A stretch of DNA of 64,000 bases from Eledone cirrhosa (lineage: Eukaryota), in contig OZ024748.1 in the NCBI GenBank assembly GCA_964016885.1, positions 43,214,001-43,278,000 of the forward strand, written 5' to 3'. Position 1 is the stretch's first letter; every line of letters starts with the position of its first letter. Made by a program: the position numbers and the translations under genes. The notes under the pieces are model-generated. The model saw nothing but the letters and a program-made list of their open reading frames with translations. It did no database searches and had not been told where the DNA came from. Below are positions 23,000 through 37,321 of this stretch, piece by piece.

Positions 23000-23520
23000 T
23001 TAAACCATTTTGGTACCAAACCAACTGAAACTGACTCTGGTTTGAACTATTTTGGTACCAAACCATCTAAACCCGACACTGGTTTAAACTATTTTGGTAC
23101 CAAACCATCTAAAACTGACCCTGGTTTGAACTATTTTGGTATCAAACCATCTAAAACTAACCCTAGTTCCATTATACTAAGCCGTTTATTTCAAAATGTT
23201 TATATTTATCTAAAAAAACTTTCCATTATAATTTGATGAAAGAACCTTTCAGAAGTTAGGCTCCAAACTTAATAATGAAATAGTTATACTTTCAATTTAA
23301 ATATAGGTTAACTGTTAACTTAAAAAAACAGTCTTATGTACGTTCAAGTCCATAATTTGGCCAACATTTCTACAAATAAGATGGTTTATTAAGTTATCTT
23401 CCAAACACCAGCTTAATAATGAGAAAGTTAGTTATATCAGTAAATTCCTCTATGTTCTAGAAAATATTCAAAATTATTTCTAAAATCCCAGACAGTATTT
23501 TTCATTAGAGATGTAACAAA
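23000..23520. mobile_element. Degenerate TTAA-ended MITE-like element with 42-bp terminal tandem amplification (x4)
   Basis: Starts ttaaaccattttggtaccaaacc; 23395-23450 resembles the reverse complement of 63215-63275. Confidence 0.5.
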
Positions 23521-24026
23521 ACATTAAAGTATTTCCACTAAATTGTTGTTGTATTTATGTGTTTGTGGTTAAACACAATTTTAGATCCATGTATTGATGT
23601 CTCTGTTATTGTTTTACAAACAGCCTCAAGTATATCATCATATCAAAAGAATATCTGCAAAGTGTACCCCAGTGTTCTCACAAGAATCTATAATTTGCCA
23701 AACACAAGAATTGAGATTGCAGCATTCCATCTGAAACTAAACAGAATGAAGTCATAAATGTCTTGGAGAAAGAATCTTTAACTCAATGGTCAACTCTGAA
23801 TAAGAACAGCAGGAAGACTCAACTGTGGAATCAAAATATATTCTGTAATTATATTGTGGAGGATTGATACTTAACCATTCAAAACACATACATACATCAT
23901 GGACGTACATGCATACACACACACACACACACATATATATGTGTGTGTGTGTATGAGTATATATATGTATAAATATATATATATATATTATCATCATTTA
24001 TATGTATATATGTATGTGTATATATG

Positions 24027-24089
<63 letters not shown>

Positions 24090-24940
24090 GAAAGGTATAG
24101 AAAATATTGTAGCAAAAAGCCAACAGTATTCCATAATATATATATATATAGGGCATTCCTGATTATTTCCTTCGAATGAAACAGTTCTAGCTCTGTAGAT
24201 TTCTATATTAAATTCTGTTGTATATACTCTAGTAATGTATTGAGTACATATATAAATATATATAATATATGTAGTAAGAAACACATTCAAACAAATGTGG
24301 TTCTTCAACCCTCGTAATTTTAGACACACGATTTACTGTGTTTCTTACTACATATATTATTATAATGCTCAGTATTTATACTTTGAGCTTATTGATTACA
24401 TATATAATATATGCCGTCTAAACCCATGCTAGCGTGGAAGATGGACGTCAAACGATGATGATGATGATTATGATATATATATATATATGTATACACACAC
24501 ATACATACATATATGAGGATGATATATATATATACACACACAGACGCACACGCACACATTACATGTATACAATATATATGTAAACATTCATACATATAAT
24601 GCCTGTAAATATTTTGCAAGGGAGATAAAAACAAAAATTAAGCCAGCTCGAGTTATTTTCCTTGCATTTCTTATTTTCTTATTTTTTTTCAAATGTTCAA
24701 TAAACGTTTAAGATGAAATCCTTATTATTTATGAGTTCCCATAATAAATACTATTGTTATCTGTTAATTTTAGAATATAGTATATTTATTGTGGAGCAGG
24801 TGTGGCTATGTGGTTAAGGTATTTTTTCCAGTTGTGTCCTAATGTGTGGTACCTTTCACGACTTTCTTCTATAACTTGGACTTGAACACTAACTTGTATG
24901 TATATTAATAAGTATATTTATATATATGTATATATGTATT

Positions 24941-24999
<59 letters not shown>

Positions 25000-25000
25000 T

Positions 25001-25034
25001 TTTCTCCTGATGAAGGGCTTATGCCCGAAACGTC
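25001..25034 (+). ncRNA. Minimal hammerhead core (stem I apparently lost)
   Basis: CTGATGA-a-gggc(ttat)gccc-GAAA-CGTC; stem I does not pair convincingly. Confidence 0.45.
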
Positions 25035-25116
25035 GTCCCCCATTCCCAAGCGTGAACCTAATACTAACACTTTGTACAGCACTCTTCGTTTATGTTTTTG
25101 TTTTCTGTTTTAACTT

Positions 25117-27078
25117 CATCATCATCATCGTTTAACGTCCATCTTCCACGCTAAGCATGGGTTTAGGCGAGAATTGTCCTACTTGAGGCAAGATTGGTTG
25201 TCTTGCTCGTATAGTACTGTCTTGCAGGTTTTCTACGGCTGGATGCCCTTCCTAACACCAACCACGTCTACAGTGTGGACTGGGAGGTTTTTACCGTGTT
25301 ACCTACACGGCCAAATTACAGCGTGTTTTTTTGTCGTGACTCCTACACGACCTCATTTATTTAGGACTGGATGTTGTGGTACCAACATAACTTTACATCG
25401 AAAGGGGTGGTGTAGATTGGGTGAGGTAGTGGGACGGGGTGTATTTTGGTAAGAGGTGCCTACTGACTGTAGGTTTCGCTTTGTACTTAGGCAAGGCGGG
25501 TCTTCTGTATTACTGCGTAGCGCCAAAGATCTCGGTCCAGTGACATTGTCTTGGAGAGGTGTAAGTGTGTAAGGTCGGAATTTATCAAGTCGTCCCAGGT
25601 TTTTCTGGGTCTGCCTGCCTACTCCGTACCTACCGTCTATTTTGATTGCCCTGCACTTTTTTATACAGCTGTCGTCTTTCATGCGCATCACGTGACCATA
25701 CCAACGTAGTCTTCTCTCGAGTAAACAGCATTTGAGACCTCTTATTCCTAATTTCTCACTTAGTTCATTTATGCTTTGCCGTTCACATATATTACTATTA
25801 CACATCCAACGGAGCATGCAAGCTTCGTTCCTCTCCAGTCTGCGTAGATCCTCTGCACAAAATGCCCATGTCTCACTGCCATGTAATATTGCTGTTCGTA
25901 TGCAGGCATCATACAGCCTGCCTTTCATTTTTAGAGAGAAACCTTTAGCGGCCAATAGTGGTATAAGCTCTCTGAACTTTTTCCATCCCATTCTGACTCT
26001 AGCTACTGTACTTTCAGAGCACCCTCCACCACTGCTGATTTTGTCACCCAGGTAACGGAAGGTGTCCACTATTTCTGGGCAATGGAATGAGCTAGTATTC
26101 TGTGGGCACTTGCTACTTATTGCACCTGAGCACCGGCCACATATAAAATCTATATTCTTAGTTAGCTTACCTGTGATCCCACTACATCTTTTATGCACCC
26201 ATACTTTGCATTTGGGACATAAAATGGAGTTTCTGCCTACTCCTTTCCTACACACTGTGCATGGCCATTTCCCAGAGGGGACTAGTGCCCTGTTTTCCTT
26301 CCTACATACTAGAACTTTAGTCTTAGACAAGTTAATTTTAAGGCCTTTTGATTCTAGGCCATGCTTCCATGTTTGGAATTTCTTCTCTAGTTCAGCCATT
26401 AATTCAGCTATGAGCGTTAAATCATCTGCGTATAGAAGTTCCCATGGGTAGCCGGTCTTGAACTCCTCTGTTATAGCCTGAAGGGCAATAATAAATAGTA
26501 GGGGGCTAAGGCGGAGCCCTGATGAACACCAACTTTTACGCTAAACTCTTCACTATATTCGTTGTTAATTCTAACCTTGCTGACTGTTTCTTTATACATG
26601 GCTTGTATAGCTCTCACAAGCCATTCATCAACACCTAGTTTTCTAAGGGCCATACCAGATAATCGAGCGGGGTACTCTGTCAAAGGCTTTCTCCAAGTCA
26701 ACAAAAGCTAAGTATAGGGGTTTACTTTTAGCTAGGTACTTCTCCTGTAGTTGTTGTACAATGAAAAGAGCGTCTGTTGTACTTTTACCTGATACAAACC
26801 CGAATTGCATTTCATCTAGATCAATTCGCTCTCTGATTAGTTGCGCTATAACTTTTTCTGTGACCTTCATGACCTGTTCAATTAATTTAATGCCTCTATA
26901 GTTTCCCCTATCTAGGGCATCGCCTTTACCCTTGTAGCAGTTAATGATGATGCTGCTACGCCAGTCATTTGGTATGACCCCATTCTGTATGACTTGGTTT
27001 ACTATCCGGGTGACCATAGTGTGTCCCACTGTTCCAGATGCTTTCAGTATTTCAGCAACTATTTCCGACGGCCCAGCC
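25117..27078 (-). mobile_element. 5'-truncated RTE-clade LINE (RT + PHD-like finger), frameshifted
   Basis: NYRGIKL, QFGF, FVDLEKAFD, GVHQGS, YADD; CTVC..CPKC..HKRC..CGRC; (TGA)n tail at 25117. Confidence 0.9.
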
Positions 27079-27109
27079 TTATAAATATATATTTATATTT
27101 ATATATATA

Positions 27110-29584
27110 CAGTGGGTCCTCGATATACGGTAGTTCTTTATCCGGTAAATTCACAGATACGGTTTTGGGTAATTACTACCATCAATTCTATTTCCGGTAA
27201 AAAAATTCACAAATACGGTTTTTCGTCGTGTTTTGTTTATATTGTACCGTAGCGCCACCTGTAATAAGCAATAAATTTTCCCTTGAAACTGGCTGCTATT
27301 CGAATTCTAGGAAAATTGTGTTACTACTGCTATTGTACTAACCGACCGTACCAAGAAACTGGCCAATCACGAGCGAGTTCAGATATCGGTCGATGACGTC
27401 ATAACTCTTAACCGATAGCTTCAGTTCGGCAAACTAGCGTGTCCTCTCAGTGAGAGAATTTTTGCCGAACTGAAGTCATCAGTTAAAAGTTATGACGTCA
27501 TTGAAAGTAAGAGAAAACCCAACGGCGTGTTTTTGGAGCATAATTATCACGGCATATCTTATAACCTCATATCTCATGGCCCCAAACGTCCTGCGAATAT
27601 TTCTGATGCAGATGGAAAGGCCAAACGCATGAGGAAGAGCCTGACTTTGGAGATAAAGCTGGACATTTTGAAAAGGAAGCAACAGGGGAAAAGTACGTCC
27701 GCCATAAGTCGTAACTTAGGCATAGCCCAGTCTACAGTCTGGACTGTTTTTAAAAATAGTGAGGCTGTCAAAAAGGCTGGGGAGAATGCTACGAGTCAAC
27801 AGAGTAAATTGTTGACCAAACATCGTGAGTCGATTATGGAAAGGTTGCTCAAAATTTGGATCGACGACCAAAATCGTCAAAATATGCCTCTGTCTTTAAA
27901 TGTAATCAGCGAGAAAGCATTGTCCATTATTGACAGGCTCAAGACTGAAATGGGGGTGGAGGACTTTGTATTCAAGACAAGCAAAGGCTGGTTTGATAAG
28001 TTCAAACGACGTTCCAGTCTTCACAACATAAAAGTTACAGGTGAGGCTGCCAATTCCGACAAAGAGAGTGCTGAAAAATTCAAGGCAGTGTTAGAGAAAT
28101 GCATTGCAGAGAAGGGCTACAGCAAAAAACAGGTTATTAATTATGATGAAACAGGACTCTATTGGGAAAAGATGACCAGTCATAATTATACTGACAAGGA
28201 GGAGAAAAGTGCGAAGGGGTTCAAAGCCTCAAAGGACCGCGTTATTCTGTTACTTGGAGGGATTGCAGAAGGAGATTTAAAGCTAAAGCCACGATTCTGA
28301 AACTCCCAGAGCACTCAAGGGGTTACTGAAGCAATATCTACCAGTGATATGGAAGTCTAATAAGAAGGCATGGCTGATCACTTCAATTCACCAGGATTTT
28401 TTCACCTCATATCTGTCACCAACCCTTAAGTAATATGCATAAGCTAACAACATTGCCAACCGTTTTCTGCTATTAGTGGACAACGCTCCCAGCCACCCAC
28501 GGGCAATGGAAGACTGGTCAGAAAATATTGAGGTTCTGTTTCTAACCCCCCCCCCCCCCCCCCAACACCACAGCTCTCATTCAGCCGATGGATCAAACAG
28601 TCATCAAAACATTTAAGGCATACTACCAGCGGAGAACCATGCAGTAGTTGATAAAGGGCACAGATGGGCCTGACAGGCCCACAATGAGGGAATGGTGGAA
28701 ATTGTACAACATCAAGCACGGCTTGGGAAGAGGCATCTTGGGAAGAAGTGAAGCAGTCTACCATGAACTTGGCCTGGAAGAAATTATGGCCAGCATGTGT
28801 GAATGACTTCCAATGCTTTGCTGAGGACATTGGTGCGATAAAAAAAGATATTGTAAATCTCTGCCATAGAGCTGGCTTCGATGGTGTTAATGATGATGAT
28901 GTGCAAGACCTTTTGAAAAGCCACGCTGAACCACTCTCCAGTGGTGAACTCATAGAACTAGACAAGGCGATACAGGAGACAGAAATAGAAGAAAAGGAGG
29001 AAGAAGAACCTGTGCGTGGCTTGGACATAAAAACTCTAAGAGAATGTCTCGGGAGTATCGAAACAATCTTAGAAACCCTGAAGGAGCGTGATCCCAACTC
29101 TGCTAGGAGCAGCAAAGTGACTCAAGATGTCGAGAAAAGCGTCAAGATTTACCAAGAAAAGTATGAAGCCAAAAGAAACACTGCCAAACAGTCCTCCATC
29201 TACTCTTTCTTCAAGCCAGTCACACCTGCCAACCGTGCTACAGCTGGCCCTTCAACATCCACTGCAGTCAACGAGTTGGTTGGTTTTGAGCCTCCCACAT
29301 CCTCCCCTGCCAACTCAGTCCAAGATGAGTAAGGGCTGAAACCCAAACTGTCCCTTAGCCTCGGGAGGGACAAATGAAGTAACACATTATCTGATGGACT
29401 AGGCGGCATGTGTAAGGTACAGTAAATAGAAAAAAACATTATTTCTTTTCTGTAGGGATGACTTTTTCGATGTGCTGGAACGCATCCCTATCTATTTCAT
29501 GTTATAATGAGTTCTTTATACAGTAATTCGATAAACGGTAAGGGTTTCAGGAACGCATATATACCGTATATCGAGGACTCACTG
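27110..29584 (+). mobile_element. Full-length Tigger/pogo-like (Tc1/mariner superfamily) DNA transposon
   Basis: 23-bp TIRs cagtgggtcctcgatatacggta / taccgtatatcgaggactcactg (1 mismatch), TA on both sides. Confidence 0.92.
27576..29332 (+). pseudogene. Disrupted Tigger/CENP-B-like transposase
   Basis: RKSLTLEIKLDI HTH, SKGWFDKFKRR, NYDETGLYW, LLVDNAPSH, QPMDQ; frameshifts and stops between ~28290 and 28750. Confidence 0.88.
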
Positions 29585-29772
29585 TATTTATATTTATATA
29601 TATTTATAAATATTTATATATATTTATATATATATATATATATATATTTATAAATATATATATATTTATATTTATAAATATATATATATTTATATTTATA
29701 AATATATATATATTTATATTTATAAATATATATTTATATATATATATTTATAAATATATATATATATATATA

Positions 29773-29832
<60 letters not shown>

Positions 29833-29854
29833 ATATATATATATATTATATATA

Positions 29855-29898
<44 letters not shown>

Positions 29899-29972
29899 TA
29901 TATATATAATATATATATAATATATATATATATAATATATATATATATAATATATATATATATATAATATAT

Positions 29973-30024
<52 letters not shown>

Positions 30025-30032
30025 ATATTATA

Positions 30033-30078
<46 letters not shown>

Positions 30079-30133
30079 TATATATTATATATATATTATA
30101 TATATATATATAAATAATATATATATATATATA

Positions 30134-30188
<55 letters not shown>

Positions 30189-30223
30189 ATATATTATATA
30201 TATATATATATATACATTATATA

Positions 30224-30266
<43 letters not shown>

Positions 30267-30310
30267 ATATATTATATATATATATATATTATATATATAT
30301 ATAATATATA

Positions 30311-30348
<38 letters not shown>

Positions 30349-30463
30349 TATATATTATATATATATATTATATATATATAATATATATATATATTATATA
30401 TATATATATATTTATATATATTATATATATATTATATATATATATATATTTATATATATTATA

Positions 30464-30528
<65 letters not shown>

Positions 30529-30529
30529 A

Positions 30530-30570
<41 letters not shown>

Positions 30571-30722
30571 AATATATATATATATATATATTTATAAATA
30601 TATTTATGTATATATATATTTATAAATATATATATATATATTTATATATATATATATATATTTATAAATATATATATATATATTTATAAATATATATATA
30701 TATTTATAAATATATATATATT
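29585..30722. repeat. ~1.1-kb imperfect (TA)n microsatellite
   Basis: Direct inspection. Confidence 0.95.
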
Positions 30723-30914
30723 TAAATGGTAAAAAATGAAACGAAATTTCATTTCTCACTCTTAGTACGGCTGATACTTATTTTTTTCATTTTTTTTCCA
30801 TTTATCGTTTTCGGTACGCTTGGCCGACTAACTCACTCGATATGCAAATTAGGCTGCTCAGCCGTTAATATGCATAAGGAAAGTATATACTTTCAAACGT
30901 TCAATCATCTGATA

Positions 30915-30970
30915 GGAAGGTATACGATGCTGATGATAGCTAATAAGCTTGAAACTAGTTCATCGTTCCT
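30915..30970 (+). ncRNA. Minimal type I hammerhead ribozyme
   Basis: agga(aggtat)acgatg-CTGATGA-tagct(aata)agctt-GAAA-ctaGTT-catcgt-tcct; palindromic stem III actagt. Confidence 0.75.
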
Positions 30971-31109
30971 TTGTCAGTGTTGAACAAAAGGGCAATGATG
31001 GTCGCCGAACACTGTACGGCTTCATTCGGGCTGTTTGTTTACAAACAAACCGAACATTATAATAAATGTTCGGTAAACCCATACATACATGTATATATTT
31101 ATATATATA

Positions 31110-31470
31110 TATCCAAAATAAATTTAATTATATTAAATTAAGGGAGTCATGTCCGAATCATGCGCCATATCCACCGTAGAATAAGCTCAAAGATTCCAAT
31201 GAATAGATCCGAGCATTTTATATCAACTAGAAATTGATTGACATATATATATATTTAAAATAAACACATGAAACAATCACAGGGGATAATTTGTAAAGTG
31301 TGTAATCACTTAATCATTTTTAAAAAAGATAATATTTGAAGTTCTAGTTAAACTTTAATTAGTTACCTACCTAGTTATGTGTGATTACACACTTTACAAA
31401 TTATCCCCTGCGATTGTTTCATGTGTTTATTTTAAATATATATATATGTCAATCAATTTCTAGTTGATAT
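31110..31470 (-). mobile_element. Fold-back element (~90-bp inverted arms + tail)
   Basis: 31220-31309 is the reverse complement of 31381-31470; tail 31110-31219 matches 32621-32710 in reverse. Confidence 0.7.
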
Positions 31471-31706
31471 TTATATATATATATATACAAATGTAAAAAA
31501 ATATATATATATATATTGTTATACTTGGGGAGGGTCATATTTGTGTAATATTGCCAGAATTAATAACAGAACACACTCACTGTTTGGTTGGTTTTCGCTT
31601 TTCGCTTCTGTGTCTTTTATATCGGTTAATTTAATTTATTCGATCCTCAATGTTGCCATTGACTGACCAACGGTCAAAAATACAGATACAATATAAACCT
31701 AAACAC

Positions 31707-32161
<455 letters not shown>

Positions 32162-32168
32162 CATTTGT

Positions 32169-32242
<74 letters not shown>

Positions 32243-32255
32243 GTATATATTTATA

Positions 32256-32710
32256 TATCAACTAGAAATTGATTGACATATATATATCTAAAATAAACAC
32301 ATGAAACAATCACAAGGAATAATTTGATTTATAAACACAGATAGTTAAATCTTCTCCGTTGTTGAAAATCCAGGATTTGACTACTGTGAGTTTACAGATT
32401 AATGGTGAAATATATTTCTTTAATGAACTATATACAAGGAAGATTAATCATTTTAAAAGGTATCTATATTTGAAATTCTAGTTAAACTTTAATTAGTTAT
32501 CTACCTAGCTATGTGTGCTTATACACTTTACAAATTATCCCCTGATAATTTCATATTGTTTCATATGTTTAATTTAGATATATATATATATATATATGTC
32601 AATCAATTTCTAGTTGATATAAAATGCTCGGATCTATTGGAATCTTTGAGCATATTCTGCGGTGGGTATGGCGCATGTCTCGGACATGACACCCTTAATT
32701 TAATTTTGGA
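32256..32710 (+). mobile_element. Second fold-back element of the 31110 family, opposite orientation
   Basis: Inverted arm 32256-32326, sense arm ~32530-32620, tail 32621-32710. Confidence 0.7.
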
Positions 32711-32734
32711 TATATATTTATATAGCATTCTTCA

Positions 32735-33799
32735 CCATATGAGATGTCATCTGGTGTACCACAGGGATCTGTTCTTGGTCCCCTTTTGATTGTTGCATAC
32801 ATTAATGACATAGATGCCAACTTACAGAATGCCACGGTACTGAAATATGCAGATGACATCAAGCTGTACCTTGAAATCAAAAGGATTGATCCTGAAATCT
32901 ACAACTCTTTCCTACAATCAGACCTGGACACAATCAGCAATGGATCACAGACTGGCAACTGAAGCTGGCTGTAGACAAGTGTACCACCATGCATTTTGGG
33001 AGGAAAAATCCAGCGTCCACATACTCCCTCCACAACACTGATATCAAGAAGTCCTCTTGTGAACATGACCTGGGCATTACGGTCAGCAGCGATTTGCGTT
33101 GGACAAAGCATGTCTCTAAGATTGTCAAGAAGGCCGAGGGTGTCTTGGCATCACTCAACAAGACCTTTGTTAGCCGCTCTCCAGCTATCTATTTAAAACT
33201 GTATACAGCTATGGTATGACCACACTTGGAATTCGCATCATCAGTCTGGAACCCCTATCTTGCTCAGAACATTGACCTCCTGGAAACTGTTCAGAGACGT
33301 GCAACCAAGCGCATACCCTCCATCAGACACCTACCATACTCTGAACGCCTTGCTTCCCTGGGCATGGATTCATTGAAGCTCCGACGTCTGGCAATGGGCT
33401 TGGTAAACACCCACAAAGTTATTAACCATCTCGCCAATAACAACCCTGAACACCTTTTTGATCTCCATGTGTCTAACACACGTGGACATGCCTACAAAAT
33501 CAGAAAACAGCACAGCTCCCATGACTTTCGTAAACATTTTTTCACGTTCAGAGTTGCTGAAGCATGGAACAAACTGCCTGCGTCAGTTGTTAGCTGCCGA
33601 GACACTGCATCCTTTAAAACCCTCATGCTTCCCGAAATACGCCCAAACTACACCTGATGTACCCCTTCCATACACATGCACACATGTGTGTATCATGACT
33701 CATGTACTGTTCATTTTCCTGACGTTTGTACATTACCCTATGTACTATACATACACTTTTTGATGAGTTGTTGTGCACCTGAGCTCTGTACACAATATT

Positions 33800-33830
<31 letters not shown>
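32735..33830 (+). mobile_element. 5'-truncated CR1/L2-group LINE fragment
   Basis: SGVPQGSVLGP, YADD, DLGITV, ETVQRRATK, TRGH..K, WNKLP; frameshift and stop; (ATT)n tail. Confidence 0.88.
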
Positions 33831-33832
<2 letters not shown>

Positions 33833-34030
33833 GGGCGGTGGATTGGCAGTATGGGTAGAGGGTCGGACGCCATGCTTTGCAGCATAGTTACGACCCTTTA
33901 CGGACTGAGTTCAAATCCCGCCGAGGTTAACTTTGCCTTTCATCCTTACGGGGTCGATAAAATAAAGTACCAGTAATGTACTGGGTAATTGCTGGCCTTG
34001 TGCCTAAAGTAGAAACAATTATTATTATTA
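33831..34030 (+). mobile_element. tRNA-derived SINE, full-length copy
   Basis: A/B-box-like head, gcctttcatccttacggggtcgataaa core, (tta)n tail. Confidence 0.8.
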
Positions 34031-34204
34031 TATATATATTTACATTCATATATATATATAAATGTAAATATATATGTATATACATATATACTTAACAAAT
34101 TAAAGACCGTCACACATAGCTTGCGTTGTTTGATATCAAAAAGGCGTAAGAAAATATTTTAGTAAAAAGACGGAAATGTTGTGAAGAAGATATGTTTGAA
34201 TGTT

Positions 34205-37038
34205 TATATTACAGAACATGGTAACTAGGTGTATATATCTTTTAAAGAATGTTATATATATAATACAGAACATGGTAAATAGGTGTATATATCTTTCAAA
34301 GGTTGTTGTATATATATTACAGAACATGGTAACTAGGTGTATATATCTTTTAAAGAATGTTATATATATAATACAGAACATGGTAAATAGGTGTATATAT
34401 CTTTCAAAGGTTGTTGTATATATATTACAGAACATGGTAAGTAGGTGTATATATCTTTCAAAGAATGTTATATATATAATATAGAACATGGTAAATAGGT
34501 GTATATATCTTTCAAAGAATGTTATATATATAATACAGAACATGGTAAATAGGTGTATATATATTTCAAAGAATGTTATATATATAATACAGAACATGGT
34601 AAGTAGGTGTATATATCTTTCAAAGAATGTTATATATATAATACAGAACATGGTAAATAGGTGTATATATCTTTTAAAGAATGTTATATATATATTACAG
34701 AACATGGTAAGTAGGTGTATATATCTTTCAAAGAATGTTATATATATATTACAGAACATGGTAAATAGGTGTATATATCTTTCAAAGAATGTTATATATA
34801 TAATACAGAACATGGTAAGTAGGTGTATATATCTTTTAAAGAATGTTATATATATAATATAGAACATGGTAAATAGGTGTATATATCTTTCAAAGAATGT
34901 TATATATATAATACAGAACATGGTAAATAGGTGTATATATCTTTCAAAGAATGTTATATATATAATACAGAACATGGTAAGTAGGTGTATATATCTTTTA
35001 AAGAATGTTATATATATAATATAGAACATGGTAAATAGGTGTATATATCTTTCAAAGAATGTTATATATATAATACAGAACATGGTAAGTAGGTGTATAT
35101 ATCTTTTAAAGAATGTTATATATATAATATAGAACATGGTAAATAGGTGTATATATCTTTCAAAGAATGTTATATATATAATACAGAACATGGTAAATAG
35201 GTGTATATATCTTTCAAAGAATGTTATATATATAATACAGAACATGGTAAGTAGGTGTATATATCTTTCAAAGAATGTTATATATATAATATAGAACATG
35301 GTAAATAGGTGTATATATCTTTCAAAGAATGTTATATATATAATACAGAACATGGTAAGTAGGTGTATATATCTTTTAAAGAATGTTATATATATAATAT
35401 AGAACATGGTAAATAGGTGTATATATCTTTCAAAGAATGTTATATATATAATACAGAACATGGTAAATAGGTGTATATATCTTTCAAAGAATGTTATATA
35501 TATAATACAGAACATGGTAAGTAGGTGTATATATCTTTTAAAGAATGTTATATATATAATATAGAACATGGTAAATAGGTGTATATATCTTTCAAAGAAT
35601 GTTATATATATAATACAGAACATGGTAAGTAGGTGTATATATCTTTTAAAGAATGTTATATATATAATATAGAACATGGTAAATAGGTGTATATATCTTT
35701 CAAAGAATGTTATATATATAATACAGAACATGGTAAGGGGGTGTATATATATTTCAAAGAATGTTATATATATAATACAGAACATGGTAAGTAGGTGTAT
35801 ATATCTTTCAAAGAATGTTATATATATAATACAGAACATGGTAAATAGGTGTATATATATTTCAAAGAATGTTATATATATAATACAGAACATGGTAAAT
35901 AGGTGTATATATATTTCAAAGAATGTTATATATATAATACAGAACATGGTAAGTAGGTGTATATATATTTCAAAGAATGTTATATATATAATACAGAACA
36001 TGGTAAGTAGGTGTATATATCTTTCAAAGAATGTTATATATATAATATAGAACATGGTAAATAGGTGTATATATCTTTCAAAGAATGTTATATATATAAT
36101 ATAGAACATGGTAAATAGGTGTATATATCTTTCAAAGAATGTTATATATATAATATAGAACATGGTAAATAGGTGTATATATCTTTCAAAGGTTGTTATA
36201 TATATAATACAGAACATGGTAAGGAGGTGTATATATATTTCAAAGAATGTTATATATATAATACAGAACATGGTAAGTAGGTGTTTATATCTTTCAAAGA
36301 ATGTTATATATATAATACAGAACATGGTAAATAGGTGTATATATCTTTCAAAGAATGTTATATATATATTACAGAACATGGTAAGTAGGTGTATATATAT
36401 TTCAAAGAATGTTATATATATAATACAGAACATGGTAAGTAGGTGTTTATATCTTTCAAAGAATGTTATATATATAATACAGAACATGGTAAATAGGTGT
36501 ATATATCTTTCAAAGAATGTTATATATATATTACAGAACATGGTAAGTAGGTGTATATATCTTTCAAAGAATGTTATATATATAATACAGAACATGGTAA
36601 GTAGGTGTATATATCTTTCAAAGGTTGTTATATATATAATATAGAACATGGTAAATAGGTGTATATATCTTTCAAAGAATGTTATATATATAATACAGAA
36701 CATGGTAAGGAGGTGTATATATATTTCAAAGAATGTTATATATATAATACAGAACATGGTAAGTAGGTGTTTATATCTTTCAAAGAATGTTATATATATA
36801 ATACAGAACATGGTAAATAGGTGTATATATCTTTCAAAGAATGTTATATATATATTACAGAACATGGTAAGTAGGTGTATATATCTTTCAAAGAATGTTA
36901 TATATATAATACAGAACATGGTAAGTAGGTGTATATATCTTTCAAAGGTTGTTATATATATATTACAGAACATGGTAAGTAGGTGTATATATCTTTCAAA
37001 TGTTGTTATATATTATAGAATATGGTAAATAAGTGTAT
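34205..37038. repeat. 54-bp minisatellite (~52 copies) with a 540-bp higher-order duplication
   Basis: Unit agaacatggtaaataggtgtatatatctttcaaagaatgttatatatataatac; 34801-35160 recurs at 35341-35700. Confidence 0.95.
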
Positions 37039-37321
37039 TTATAAAAGACAGTTTCTCCAAAGTGACAAAAATTGTGTTTGAAACCATGTTGAAATATTGT
37101 TTGACATTTCTATCTCTCTCTGCCTGTTTGTTCGGTAAATAGATAGATAGTTATATAGATATGTAGACAGATAGACAGATTGATAGATGGGATATATATT
37201 TATATATATATATAAGTAGTTCCACAACATATATATATATAAGGAGAGAGAGAGATTGGTGTGTTGTGTGTGTGTTTAAGTGTGTGAATATGTGTGTTTG
37301 GTAAAGAAGTAAGCAGTGTGT

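Noticed and set aside
32350-32430. Possible UUGAAAA-core hammerhead in the fold-back element
   Set aside because: Pairings are weak and AT-rich; could be chance
34136-36973. 945-aa ORF
   Set aside because: Translation of a 54-bp minisatellite (18-aa period) that lacks stops on one strand; no unique domain
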